From an uncultured Christensenella sp. (GTDB lineage Bacteria > Bacillota > Clostridia > Christensenellales > UBA1242): a DNA stretch of 64,000 nucleotides. Location of the stretch: NCBI GenBank assembly GCA_964439345.1, contig CAYTNS010000002.1, forward strand, positions 26,797 through 90,796, in the 5' to 3' direction. Below the pieces are notes generated by a model. That model was given only the letters and a program-made list of their open reading frames with translations, had not been told where the DNA came from and searched no databases. This document shows positions 47,540 through 58,400 of this stretch, piece by piece. The translations under genes and the position numbers were made by a program. Positions within the stretch are counted from its first letter, which is position 1. Each line of letters begins with the position of its first letter.

Positions 47540-48349
47540 ATGGAAAAGAAAGCAACAATATTTTCTTTAATATTTGTATCCACCGTGGTGCTATCCAGTG
47601 TAGCACTAATAATATTTTTAGGGATAACAGCTAGAGAGTACAATTATGTTTTGCTAGAGATTAATCCCCGAGTGGAATTCATTGTGGATAAAGATTTTAG
47701 GGTAGTCTCCTACGCACCCATCAATGACGAGGCAAGAGTGATACTAGCTGGAGAAAACCTAAAAGGAATGGATATTGATGATGCCTGTGTAAAATTTATA
47801 GATGTATGTGCTAGGACGGGATATATAGATGTAGATGGTGAAGACAACGCCATTAATCTAACAATAATAGACGGACTGACTCAAGCACTAGATACTCATA
47901 TATGCGAGGGTGTATATGGCTATCTAAAAGATAACGAAATAATGGGAGTACTTATGGAGAACCAGAACGACAGACACTCATTTGAAGAGAAAAAGAAAAA
48001 TCAATTATGTTGTTCAAACAAGTATAAACTAATATCTACTATTTGTGAAAAAGATGGGAGTCAAAACTTTGATGAGCTTAAAAAATTAAGCGAAATAGAA
48101 CTAATAGATATAGTTACAAATATCCACTCAACCAAGCACTTTAAAGTAACCAATGAAGACATAGAGAACAAGAACAATTTACTAGAGAAAAATCTAGATA
48201 AATACGAAAAACATATAGCAAATATTAATAAAGACACCCAAAAGAAATTTGCCGAGGACTTTGAAAAATTCCAAAAGAAGAATATAGATAAGTATCAATC
48301 AAACTATAGAGAAAGATATAATAACTGGCAAAAAGATATATCTTTATGA
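47540..48349 (+). CDS. Membrane-anchored hypothetical protein; its extracytoplasmic domain resembles the post-TM domain of RsgI-type anti-sigma factors (from memory)
   Basis: An N-terminal TM helix, then YNYVLLEINPRVEFIVDKDFRVVSYAPINDEARVIL...GYIDV, and a K/N/E-rich tail. Confidence 0.55.
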   Translation: MEKKATIFSLIFVSTVVLSSVALIIFLGITAREYNYVLLEINPRVEFIVDKDFRVVSYAPINDEARVILAGENLKGMDIDDACVKFIDVCARTGYIDVDGEDNAINLTIIDGLTQALDTHICEGVYGYLKDNEIMGVLMENQNDRHSFEEKKKNQLCCSNKYKLISTICEKDGSQNFDELKKLSEIELIDIVTNIHSTKHFKVTNEDIENKNNLLEKNLDKYEKHIANINKDTQKKFAEDFEKFQKKNIDKYQSNYRERYNNWQKDISL

Positions 48350-48572
48350 CAATATCTAATAATTTATTAGCAATATATCCTTAACTCACTAAGCAATATT
48401 TACTCACACACAATAAAGGATATTGGGTGCAAATATAATCACTTTTCCATCATATACAAATGCAATCTATCCACAATTTCACATATGTCTATCCTTTAAT
48501 TGAGCATAAAAAATAGTCGGGAGGAAATGGGTCTATCCTATCTTAATCCCGACTATTTTTCATATTATATTT

Positions 48573-50360
48573 TTACTTTAATTTTAATAAACTTTCCAAT
48601 TCATCTAGTGCCCATTTTAATTCTTTTTCCACCACTTTATAAGGCTCGGAGGTAAGCAAATCTACTCCTGCATTTTTTAGAATATTAATAGAATAATCTT
48701 TAGTTCCACTCTTTAAAAATTCTAAGTATTTCTCTTTTGCTTCGCTATCACCACTAGATATTTTAATAGCGAAATTAATAGCCGATGTCATTCCAGTAGC
48801 ATACTTATATACATAATATGCTCTATAAAAATGTGGCACTCTCATCCAGCCCTCGCCTATATCTTCTTTCAAAAATTTCATAGACTTGCCATAGTATTCT
48901 TTTAGTAATGACTTATACTTAGCATTCAAAATATCCTTAGATATAGGCTCACCCTTTTCAATAATTGTATGAGCAAAATACTCGTATTCACTATACATTG
49001 CTTGGGTATAAATAGTTGCAATAATATTGCCAATATATTTTTCTAATCTACTAATTTTCTCATTCTTGCTAGTAGCATTTTTGTACATATATTTAAAGAG
49101 CAATACTTCATTTACAGTACTAGCAATTTCGGCTAGGAATATGGTGTGGTCATAATTTTCAAATGGTTGGTTTTTGCTACTTAAATACCCGTGCATAGCG
49201 TGACCTAATTCGTGAGCAAGAGTACTAATAGATGAACTATCGTCTACAGTATTTAGCAAGATATATGGGTGTGGGGTATACATACTACAGCAGAATCCTC
49301 CACCCTCTTTACCCTCACAAGGATATACATCTATCCATCTATTATCTCTAGCTAATTTTAATCCCTCCACATACTCTTCGCCCAGTACACTCATAGCATT
49401 TATAACTATATCAAAATTTTCTTCGTAAGATTTTTTTGAATTAAAATTAGTAATAGGCACTAGTCTATCATAAAAATAAAAGTCTTTATATCCTAATGCG
49501 CGTTTCTTTATATCGTAAAATCTATGCACCATCTTAACGGTAGATTTAACACTATTTATAAGATTGGTATAAACATCTTTTGGAATATTTTCTCCAAACA
49601 AACTCATATCTAGAGTACTAGGGTATTTATACGCATCGGCTACAAACCAATCCCCCTCCAGTGAGCCTATGTAGTTAGTTGCTATAGTATTGCTAAGGCT
49701 ATGGTATCCGGCAGTAAAGGATTCTAGTGCAGACTTTCTAAGAGTCCTATCCTTACTCTCTAGTAGCATAGCATAATTATGGTCATTTACTTCGTGCTCT
49801 TTTCCTTTGCTATCTAGGGCTGGTTTAAATTTAAGGTCGAGGGTATCAATATTATCAAAGACATCGCTATAGCCACCTAGTGCTTTTGAAGCCTTGCTAA
49901 TTAGTTTCTCCTGCTCCTCTGGCAAAACGTGTTCTGCTCCCCTAATGAAATCTTGCAATGCTAGTTTGTATTCGGCAAATCTACTATCACAACATAATTT
50001 ATTTAGATACTTAGTGCCATAGCCTATTAGTTCGGACTCTTCAAAAGATGTGGCTATGGAAATCTCTCTATCTATACTTCCCAAAACACTCTGTAATTCT
50101 ATAAAAGTGGAATCTTCTAGATTCTCAGCTAGTTTAAGTCCAACATAAACTCCCACCTTTTCGCTAATTTTGCCTAGCTCTGTATTTAATTTGAAATATT
50201 CCAAGCATTTATCTTTCTTGCCTAGTTTTCCCTTGTAACTAGCTAGTTTCTCAGGATAAGACCTAAGCAACTCCATATCGGCTTTTAATTCGTCTACGCT
50301 AGAATATATATCATCTAGATTCCATTTGTATTTATCCTTTATTTGGCTTCTCTTCTTCAT
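48573..50360 (-). CDS. pepF: Oligoendopeptidase F (M3B)
   Basis: HELGHAMH zinc motif and about 595 aa. The start is set at the ATG at 50360 (GGGAG RBS, 5-nt spacing). Confidence 0.9.
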   Translation of the reverse strand: MKKRSQIKDKYKWNLDDIYSSVDELKADMELLRSYPEKLASYKGKLGKKDKCLEYFKLNTELGKISEKVGVYVGLKLAENLEDSTFIELQSVLGSIDREISIATSFEESELIGYGTKYLNKLCCDSRFAEYKLALQDFIRGAEHVLPEEQEKLISKASKALGGYSDVFDNIDTLDLKFKPALDSKGKEHEVNDHNYAMLLESKDRTLRKSALESFTAGYHSLSNTIATNYIGSLEGDWFVADAYKYPSTLDMSLFGENIPKDVYTNLINSVKSTVKMVHRFYDIKKRALGYKDFYFYDRLVPITNFNSKKSYEENFDIVINAMSVLGEEYVEGLKLARDNRWIDVYPCEGKEGGGFCCSMYTPHPYILLNTVDDSSSISTLAHELGHAMHGYLSSKNQPFENYDHTIFLAEIASTVNEVLLFKYMYKNATSKNEKISRLEKYIGNIIATIYTQAMYSEYEYFAHTIIEKGEPISKDILNAKYKSLLKEYYGKSMKFLKEDIGEGWMRVPHFYRAYYVYKYATGMTSAINFAIKISSGDSEAKEKYLEFLKSGTKDYSINILKNAGVDLLTSEPYKVVEKELKWALDELESLLKLK

Positions 50361-50594
50361 AGTAACTCCCATAAATATATTATGTAGATATTTTACCCCC
50401 GACCAAGCCCCTTCGTCAAGAATTTAAAAGGCTATAAAAAATATACATCATATATTCGACATTTATTTATCTTTATAGAAAGATACACAATTAATTTTAC
50501 ATTTTGGATATTGACAATTTTAATATCTTGTAATATACTATTTATGATTTAAAAAACAACATCATTAGATGCGCATATATGAATATAATGGGAG

Positions 50595-50807
50595 ATGGTA
50601 AGTAAAATGACTAAAAAGACACTAAATGTAATAATCTCAATAATGGTTGCATTCTTTGTGCTATTCTTCGCTGGATCACTAGCTTATGAGACATATTCTA
50701 GAAACAAAAGCGATAGAGATTCTCAAACACAATGGGAGCAAGAACAAGCAAAGAGAGAGGAAGAAAATTCTTCTGGTCCAACTCTAGACGAGAGCAAAGA
50801 TAAATAA
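50595..50807 (+). CDS. Small membrane-anchored protein
   Basis: One TM helix with a charged tail, and a strong terminator at 50812-50845. The start is ambiguous (50595 or 50607). Confidence 0.5.
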   Translation: MVSKMTKKTLNVIISIMVAFFVLFFAGSLAYETYSRNKSDRDSQTQWEQEQAKREEENSSGPTLDESKDK

Positions 50808-50811
50808 TATA

Positions 50812-50845
50812 AGTCCACAGGGTTCTAAGCCTGTGGACTTTTTCT
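50812..50845 (+). terminator. Rho-independent terminator
   Basis: AGTCCACAGG / CCTGTGGACT stem followed by a T-run. Confidence 0.7.
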
Positions 50846-50923
50846 TTATCCCCAATTATAGAAAAAACTAGCAGATAAAAGTAGCCTTAATTTTTAAGCC
50901 CCTAATTTCTGCTAGTCTTTTTA

Positions 50924-51838
50924 TTATCCTAGGAATCCTTTAATTATTAAATCTTCCGATTCTTTCTCGGTTAATCCCATAGTCATAAGTTTAATTAATT
51001 GCTCTCCAGCAATCTTGCCAATCGCTGCCTCGTGAACAAGAGTTGCCTCAGTACACTCTGCTAGTATCTCTGGAGTGGATTGTATAATGGAATTATCCAT
51101 AAGAATTGCATCACATTCTACATGTCCAAAACATCTATTCTTGCCCACAACCTTGCTATAGAATTTTTGTCTGCTATTATCCTTTGCAACTGACCTACTA
51201 ATAACATCGACCGAGGAATCTTTTCCCTCTAGTGACACATCAAACTTTGTTTCAGCTATCTGGTTTTCGCTAGTTAGTATTTTTTCCTTAATAAGCAATT
51301 TCGCTCTATCTCTTAATACTCCATTAGTCGACCTAATAGATGACGATACACCACCTAATTGAGTAGTCTCCATTATTAATTCGGCGTCTTTGCCTAATTC
51401 CACATTGGTAACAGGATTTAGTATCTTGCCACCTTTATTACCTACCCCCAAGTGTTTCTCTACATATCTAACCTTAGAGCCGTCGCCCACATAAAAGGAA
51501 TGTATGCCATTGTGTTCACTATCTCCCATACCGGTATTGTGAATACCACAACCGGCAACTATTAGAATATCGCAATTCTTGCCAATATGGAAATCGTTGT
51601 AAACAAGCTCCTTTATCCCTGCCTTTGTAATAATAACGGGAATATGTAGGCTCTCGTTTTTTGTGCCATCTTTTACATAAATATCTATGCCCTTTCCCTC
51701 AGGCTTTGGAACTATCTCGATATTCTCGGTGCTATGCTTGTCTATAGCCTTGCCATTTTCCCTAATATTGTATGCTCCACTAGGAATGCTGTGTAGGTCA
51801 GATACTGCTAGTAATAAATCTTTTTCTATCTTATCCAT
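50924..51838 (-). CDS. SufB/SufD-family Fe-S cluster scaffold protein (short, 304 aa)
   Basis: C-terminal VHEAAIGKIAGEQLIKLMTMGLTEKESEDLIIKGF is typical of SufB/D. The gene overlaps sufC by 8 nt. Confidence 0.8.
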   Translation of the reverse strand: MDKIEKDLLLAVSDLHSIPSGAYNIRENGKAIDKHSTENIEIVPKPEGKGIDIYVKDGTKNESLHIPVIITKAGIKELVYNDFHIGKNCDILIVAGCGIHNTGMGDSEHNGIHSFYVGDGSKVRYVEKHLGVGNKGGKILNPVTNVELGKDAELIMETTQLGGVSSSIRSTNGVLRDRAKLLIKEKILTSENQIAETKFDVSLEGKDSSVDVISRSVAKDNSRQKFYSKVVGKNRCFGHVECDAILMDNSIIQSTPEILAECTEATLVHEAAIGKIAGEQLIKLMTMGLTEKESEDLIIKGFLG

Positions 51839-52562
51839 AGTAATCCCTCTTTAGCATTCCACACTTAGTACCCGATGTCTTAATACTTGGCAATATCTCC
51901 GACTTAGTTCCGAATTTTTCTATCCTAGTGCCATTTAAAACAAGTATCTTATCTGCTATCTCTAGTATTTTTTCTTGGTGAGAAATAATAATATTAGTTC
52001 CACCAAATTTCTTTTTGTTTTCATCAAAAGCAGATATTAGTCCATCGAAACTCCATAGGTCTATTCCAGCCTCGGGCTCATCAAAGATATTAAGTTTAGC
52101 TCCTCTAGCAAGAGTGGTTGCTATCTCAATCCTTTTTAATTCTCCACCAGATAGTTTGTCATCTAATTCCCTATCTATATAGTCTCTAGCACAAAGTCCC
52201 ACTTTGGATAGATAATTGCAAACCTCCATAACCACACTATTAGTTTTTTGCGCTGTAGTTATTAGGTCTCTAACCTTTAAACCCTTAAATCTAACGGGGG
52301 TTTGGAAGGCATAAGCCATTCCTAATTTTGCCCTATCCGTAATAGACATATTAGTTATATCTACATTATTAAAATATATTTTACCAGAGGATACTGGGTA
52401 TATGCCCATAATAACCTTCATAAGCGAAGTCTTGCCACTGCCGTTATGACCAGTCACCACTATCGTTTCACCAGCCTCAATCTCTAGGTTTATATCTTTC
52501 AAAATGTCTTTTTTCTTACCCGACTCTTCTACAGAGTAACAAACATTTTCTAATTTTAACAT
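51831..52562 (-). CDS. sufC: Fe-S cluster assembly ATPase SufC
   Basis: Walker A GHNGSGKTS, ABC signature LSGGELKR, and Walker B LNIFDEPEAGID. Confidence 0.9.
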   Translation of the reverse strand: MLKLENVCYSVEESGKKKDILKDINLEIEAGETIVVTGHNGSGKTSLMKVIMGIYPVSSGKIYFNNVDITNMSITDRAKLGMAYAFQTPVRFKGLKVRDLITTAQKTNSVVMEVCNYLSKVGLCARDYIDRELDDKLSGGELKRIEIATTLARGAKLNIFDEPEAGIDLWSFDGLISAFDENKKKFGGTNIIISHQEKILEIADKILVLNGTRIEKFGTKSEILPSIKTSGTKCGMLKRDYYG

Positions 52563-52715
52563 TTTTTCTCCTAAATAAAATTTCGTGAAATTTTTTCACA
52601 CATAGAGTATACACCAAAAGTAACAAATTTACTAGTATTTTTTTATTACTAATTTCTTGCTTTTAAAAAAATATTAATTGTGCTATCATATTAGCATAAA
52701 TGAGGTTAATTAAGT

Positions 52716-53564
52716 ATGGATATCATTGTAAATAAAAAAGAAAGTTTAATTAAAACAATCATTCACTCCGTTCAAGGTGTTAGTTTTGGCTCGGCACAAA
52801 AAATGCTAAGAAAGGGAGATATCAAAGTAAATGGCAAGAGAGTAAAACAAAATATTGATGTGGAAAAGGGCGATACAATATCTATTTACACCCCTGCCAC
52901 CAAGTCTATGCCCAAAGTAGATATAATCTATGAAGACGAAAATATATTAATTGTAAATAAACCAGCAGGAATAGAGTGCGCAACTAGGGATAAAAGTAGC
53001 GAAAACACCTATTCCCTAGAGGAAATTTTTGCCTCGCACGATGCAATAGTTGTACATAGACTAGATAGGCTTACCGAGGGTTTAGTATTACTAGCAAAAA
53101 GCAAAGAAAATGCCATAAAATTCGAAAAAATCTTTAGGGGCAAAGAAATAGAGAAATCTTACAAAGCATTAACTTTGGGTCACCTAAAAGTTTCGGAAGA
53201 AATAAGGGCATATCTATACAAAGATAGCAAAAATTCTAAAGTAGAAATATCCGATACCCCTTTAGATGGTTACAAGGAAATAATCACAGTATTTAATGTT
53301 CTAGAAGATAGAGGCAATTATTCCCTAGTAGATATCAACCTAAAAACGGGCAGAACACATCAAATAAGGGCACAACTAGCTCACCTTGACACACCAATAT
53401 TAAACGATAGCAAATACGGTCTACCTCTAAAAAATAGCCCTCACAAGGGCTACTTCTTAACTGCCTACAAACTATCCTTTAATATCTCCGACCCCTCGCT
53501 CCAATACCTCAACGAAAAATCCTTCGAAATCACCCCCAGCTGGATAGCATTTGATATTGCTTAA
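52716..53564 (+). CDS. RluA-family pseudouridine synthase with an S4-like N-terminus
   Basis: The HRLDRLTEG catalytic motif, GRTHQIRAQLA, and an N-terminal KGDIKVNGKRVK. Confidence 0.85.
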   Translation: MDIIVNKKESLIKTIIHSVQGVSFGSAQKMLRKGDIKVNGKRVKQNIDVEKGDTISIYTPATKSMPKVDIIYEDENILIVNKPAGIECATRDKSSENTYSLEEIFASHDAIVVHRLDRLTEGLVLLAKSKENAIKFEKIFRGKEIEKSYKALTLGHLKVSEEIRAYLYKDSKNSKVEISDTPLDGYKEIITVFNVLEDRGNYSLVDINLKTGRTHQIRAQLAHLDTPILNDSKYGLPLKNSPHKGYFLTAYKLSFNISDPSLQYLNEKSFEITPSWIAFDIA

Positions 53565-53829
53565 AATTGTAAATAAACAATATATAAGATATATTCAAAA
53601 GGTGTAATGCCGAATGATATTTCTAAAGCAATGAATTAATCAATAAAAAAAGATAATCACGGAGCGATGGCTATTAGCTACCACAGGATTATCTTTTTAT
53701 TATCATACTCAAACTTTCTCAAAATTCAGGTAATTACAGAAAGTTCTAGTTCCCTATTTAATTTTGGTATGGCACATCAATTTCCCCCGTCTTTCATTAC
53801 AAAAGAATTTCATATCAAATGCCTAAACC

Positions 53830-54360
53830 TTAAAAATTATACACATCTCTCATTTTGTCGAAGGCAAGGAGGATTTCCTTGGACTTTACTTGTGCTAGGG
53901 TATTATTTTCACTAGCTATAAAATCATTTAGAGTACCAATTAGTTCACTTCTTTTAATTACCTCCATAGGTAATTTTTTATTAAGTTCCATTTGGGTTAG
54001 TTTCAATTTCTTTAAGTTTGGTAATTTATCTGATTTTACCAAAAAATACACAGTATCTGATAATCTATTAATACCAGTATTCATATAATCCCTGCTATAA
54101 TATCTGGTCTCAAAAAATGGTTCAATGGCATCTTTATTGTCTAGAGAAATACCAGTTTCATTATATATTTCATTGACCATAGCTGTAGTGATATCGTCCT
54201 TTGCACTCACAGCAGTTTCAATCAATTTGTACCCCTCATCGTCTCTGCCTATAAGCATATTATATTTACTAGACATAATAAAGGCTTTTGCCCTAGTAAC
54301 TACTTGGTCAATCTCATCATCTTTTAATCCTGTATCGTTATATACTAAAATCTCAACCAT
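53830..54360 (-). CDS. Hypothetical protein, possibly a Nudix fold with a degenerate Nudix box
   Basis: LIETAVSAKDDITTAMVNEIYNETGISL aligns loosely to GX5EX7REUXEEXGU, but RE is replaced by NE and EE by NE. Confidence 0.35.
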   Translation of the reverse strand: MVEILVYNDTGLKDDEIDQVVTRAKAFIMSSKYNMLIGRDDEGYKLIETAVSAKDDITTAMVNEIYNETGISLDNKDAIEPFFETRYYSRDYMNTGINRLSDTVYFLVKSDKLPNLKKLKLTQMELNKKLPMEVIKRSELIGTLNDFIASENNTLAQVKSKEILLAFDKMRDVYNF

Positions 54361-54381
54361 TTTTATCCTCCAAATTATTTA

Positions 54382-55356
54382 TTATAATTTACATAATCCA
54401 TGCAATGTTCTTAGGTCGTTTACCATATCTATTCTAAATTCTTGCAATACATTTTCTACTTCGATTAGTGGGCAGGAGAAAATTTTATCGTTCTTTACAC
54501 CAACGGCTAGATTTGTTAAATCTTGTCTAAGCATATCTACAGCGAGAACTCCCCATCTAACGGCTAACATTCTGTCGTAGTAGGTAGGTTCTCCACCCCT
54601 TTGAAGATAACCTATCTCAATTCCTCTAGTGGTCAAATGTGCTTGAGATTGAATCTCAAAAACCAATTCGTCCATATCTATAGAGCTACCCTCACTCATT
54701 ACAACTATAGGGGAAGTAATGCCGTGTTTAAGAGCATTTTTAACATCTCTAACAACCTCGGCTACACTATATCCTATTTCATTTACTGCAAAAGAATCTG
54801 CTTCGGTTGCCACAGCTGCATGTAGAGCTATATCTCCACAATGTCTACCCATACACTTAAATACTACAGCTCTATCGTTTGCATACATAGTTTGCTTGAT
54901 ATCTGTAATAGTATTTACAGCCTGTTGTACAGCTGTATCGAAACCTAAAGACCTCTCGGTATAGAAAAGGTCGTTATCTATAGTTCCCGGTATTCCAATG
55001 ACTTTTACTCCGGCATTAACTAGGTCTCTACAGCCTCTAAATGAGCCGTTTCCACCTATAACTATTAACCCCTCAATATTATTTTCCTTTAAATTTGCTA
55101 CAGCCTGTTTAAAACCATTCTCGGTCATAAATTCAGTGCTTCTGCTAGTTTTAATAATAGTTCCTGCAATAGTCTCGATATTAGCAACATCTAGTATTCC
55201 TAGTTCTCTAGTATCGTTCTCTATAAGTCCCTGAAATCCTCTATTGATTCCTACTACACTAATATCATTAGATATAGCAGTATTTACAACTGCCTTGATT
55301 GCGGCATTCATTCCTGGACAATCTCCACCACTGCACAAAATTCCTATTCTTCTCAT
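54382..55356 (-). CDS. pfkA: ATP-dependent 6-phosphofructokinase
   Basis: RIGILCSGGDCPGMNAAI, GIPGTIDND and MGRHCGD motifs. The start is set at the ATG at 55356 (AAAGGAAA RBS) rather than the track start at 55389. Confidence 0.9.
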   Translation of the reverse strand: MRRIGILCSGGDCPGMNAAIKAVVNTAISNDISVVGINRGFQGLIENDTRELGILDVANIETIAGTIIKTSRSTEFMTENGFKQAVANLKENNIEGLIVIGGNGSFRGCRDLVNAGVKVIGIPGTIDNDLFYTERSLGFDTAVQQAVNTITDIKQTMYANDRAVVFKCMGRHCGDIALHAAVATEADSFAVNEIGYSVAEVVRDVKNALKHGITSPIVVMSEGSSIDMDELVFEIQSQAHLTTRGIEIGYLQRGGEPTYYDRMLAVRWGVLAVDMLRQDLTNLAVGVKNDKIFSCPLIEVENVLQEFRIDMVNDLRTLHGLCKL

Positions 55357-55477
55357 AATTTCCTTTTTCCCTCTACATTTTAAGCCCACCCTATTTATTC
55401 AAATAGAGTTTGCCTTGTATTCTTAGTTTAATTTACCACATTTACACTTTTGTTTCAAACAAAATGACATACTTATA

Positions 55478-58400
55478 TTATATTACCCTAATATAATCGT
55501 CCTCAATGTATGCGTGTAATTCATTTATTAGGAAGCCCTTGGCATTAACCGTTACAGATAGTTTAAAAGGCTTCTTCTGCTTACTACATTTAACTATTAC
55601 TGGACTCTCGCCTGGGTTTGCCTTAAGCAATGCGAATATTTCCTTGGATAGATTTTCATCGGTTAGGTCGTACATTAAGTACAATTTAGGCACAACCTTT
55701 TCTTCCTTTTTCTCCTCCACTACAGGAGTAGAACTATCCATAGGCGAGATATCCTCCACCCTAACACATACACCCCTATCGTTAATGCTTAATTTACCCC
55801 TAATTTTAACTATGGCATCTACCGATAATAAATCTTTATTCATTGCATAAACTTTGGAGAATAGCATTGCATCGAAAGAGCCATACATATCTTCCAATTT
55901 GATTATAGCCATTTCGCTACCATCTTTTTTGGTGTATAATTTCTTCATTTCGGTAATTATTCCACCACAAGTAACTTCTTGACCATCTTGCAATCCATTG
56001 TATTTATCTATTTCTTCTTGCTCTTCTTCATTGACATTTTCGATATCTTCTTCCGTCTGAAGCATTCCACCATTAAAGGTAAAGTTCTTGGTCTGGTCTC
56101 CAAATTTAGCTAGTGGGTGACCAGATACATATATTCCTGCTACCTGTTTTTCTAATGCTAATTTAGTTTGCTCATCATACTCTGGAATATTAGGCATTGA
56201 GATAGTATTGGTAGCATCATCTTTTAATAAATCCCCAAATAAACTAAATTGACCACTGGCTTGATGTTTTCTATCCGATACGGCCTTTTCAATCATCTGT
56301 GGATATACAGCCATCATCTGACTACGCGTAGCACCGAAACAATCGAATGCACCCGACAAAATTAAACTCTCCACACATCTTTTATTAAGAAGTGCAGTAT
56401 CTAGCCTATTTACAAAGTCATTAAGGTCTTTGTAATCTCCATGCTCTTTCCTCTCTTGGATTATCTGCTCAACTACACCAACACCAACATTTTTAAGAGC
56501 GGCTATACCAAATCTAATTTGGTTATTTTTTACTGTAAAGAAAGTCTCACTCTTATTGATATCTGGAGGAAGAACCTCTATTTTTTCTTCTTTAGCATAA
56601 GTAATATAGTTTTTGATTTCATCAGAGTTAGTAATTCTATCGTTAATAACGGCAGTTAAGAACTCTGGTTCATAGTATGTTTTTAAATAAGCAGTTTGAT
56701 AAGTAACTAGGCTATATGCTGCAGCGTGAGATTTATTAAAGGCGTACTTTGCAAAGTCCTCCATCTCAGCCCAAATAGATATAGCGACATCTTCGGGAAC
56801 ACCCCTCTTGATAGCACCATCAATAGCAGTATTAAATTTACCATCTCTATCTGTAAAGGCCTCTCTACCATGCAAAAAGATTTCCCTCTCTTTCTGCATT
56901 TTTTCTACCTGCTTTTTACCCATCATACGCCTAACCATATCTGCTTGACCTAGGGTATATCCAGCCATATCCTGAACAATTCTCATAACCTGCTCTTGAT
57001 ATACTATACAACCATAGGTAGCCTTTAGTATAGGCTCTAGGATTGGGTGAGCATAGGTGATTTTGTCTGGATTATGTTTATTGTATACGAATCTAGGTAT
57101 AGCATTCATAGGTCCCGGACGATACATCGAAACGGCAGCGACGATATCTTCTATACAGGTTGGTCTAAGTTCTCTTAAGAACTGCTGGAAGCCCGGACTT
57201 TCTATCTGGAAGATAGCCTTGGTATTGCCAGTGGAAATTAGTTTATATACTTCTGGGTCGTCATAATTACTTTTATCAAAATCTATTTCAACCCCATAAT
57301 TTTCCTTAATATATCCCAAACACAATTTAATATCTGTTAAGTTTCTTAGTCCCAAAAAGTCCATTTTTAGGTGTCCTAAGTGTTCCATCTCAACACCGAC
57401 ATACTGAGTGGTTATATCGTCACCATTTCTAGATAGAGGAATAAACTTTTGAAGGTCGTCTTTGCCTATAATTACACCACAAGCGTGAATACCCGTTTGT
57501 CTAGGTGCGTCCTCTAATTTCATAGCAATATCTACTACTTTTTTGATATCTGGGTTTTCATTGTACATAGCAACTAGTTCTGGTACAGAATAATCTACGC
57601 CATAATCTTTTGCACCCTCTTTTGGTTTGTAAAAACCGAAACATTTCATTATAATATTCGGTCTTTTTATCTCTATTTCCTTGCCATCTTTAGTAATCTT
57701 GGTTGGCATAGCCTTGGTTACTTTATCCAATTGGCTATAAGGGACTTTTAGCACTCTACCTACATCTTTTATAGCATTCTTAGCAGCCATTGTACCGAAA
57801 GTCACTATCTTAGCAACTCTTTCTTCACCATATTTCTTCCTAACATAGCCAATAACTTCTTGTCTACGGCAATCCTCAAAGTCTATATCAAAGTCGGGTG
57901 CAGAAACTCTCTCGGTATGCAAGAATCTTTCGAAAATTAGGTCAAATTTAAGTGGGTCAATATTAGTAATACCTATAAGGTATGCAACTATAGAACCAGC
58001 ACCACTACCTCTACCTGGGCCTACAGATATACCCATACTTCTAGCAGCATTGATATAATCCCAAACGATTAGGAAATATTCAACGAAACCTTGCTTGGTA
58101 ATAACGCCCAATTCCCTCTCAATTCTTTCGGTTATTTCATCGGTATAACCACCGTACTTTTTCTTAACACCAGCATCAATTAGTCCCCTTAAATATGTTA
58201 ATGGGTCTTCCCCTGTCACTGGAGTATATTTAGGGAATAAGTAATGTCCATAGGTGTGTTTGTAATTACACTTATTAGCAATCTCAATAGTATTGGAAAT
58301 AGCCTCGGGGTGGTCGGGGAAAAGTGCCAACATTTCATCACCCGTTCTAAAGTAAAATTCGTTACCTGGTAGTCTAAGTCTATCGGGGTCATCGATGGTT

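Noticed and set aside
53667-53915. 82-aa + strand ORF
   Set aside because: It has no RBS, overlaps the 3' end of the convergent gene at 53830-54360, has low-complexity hydrophobic composition, and begins inside a terminator-like hairpin region.
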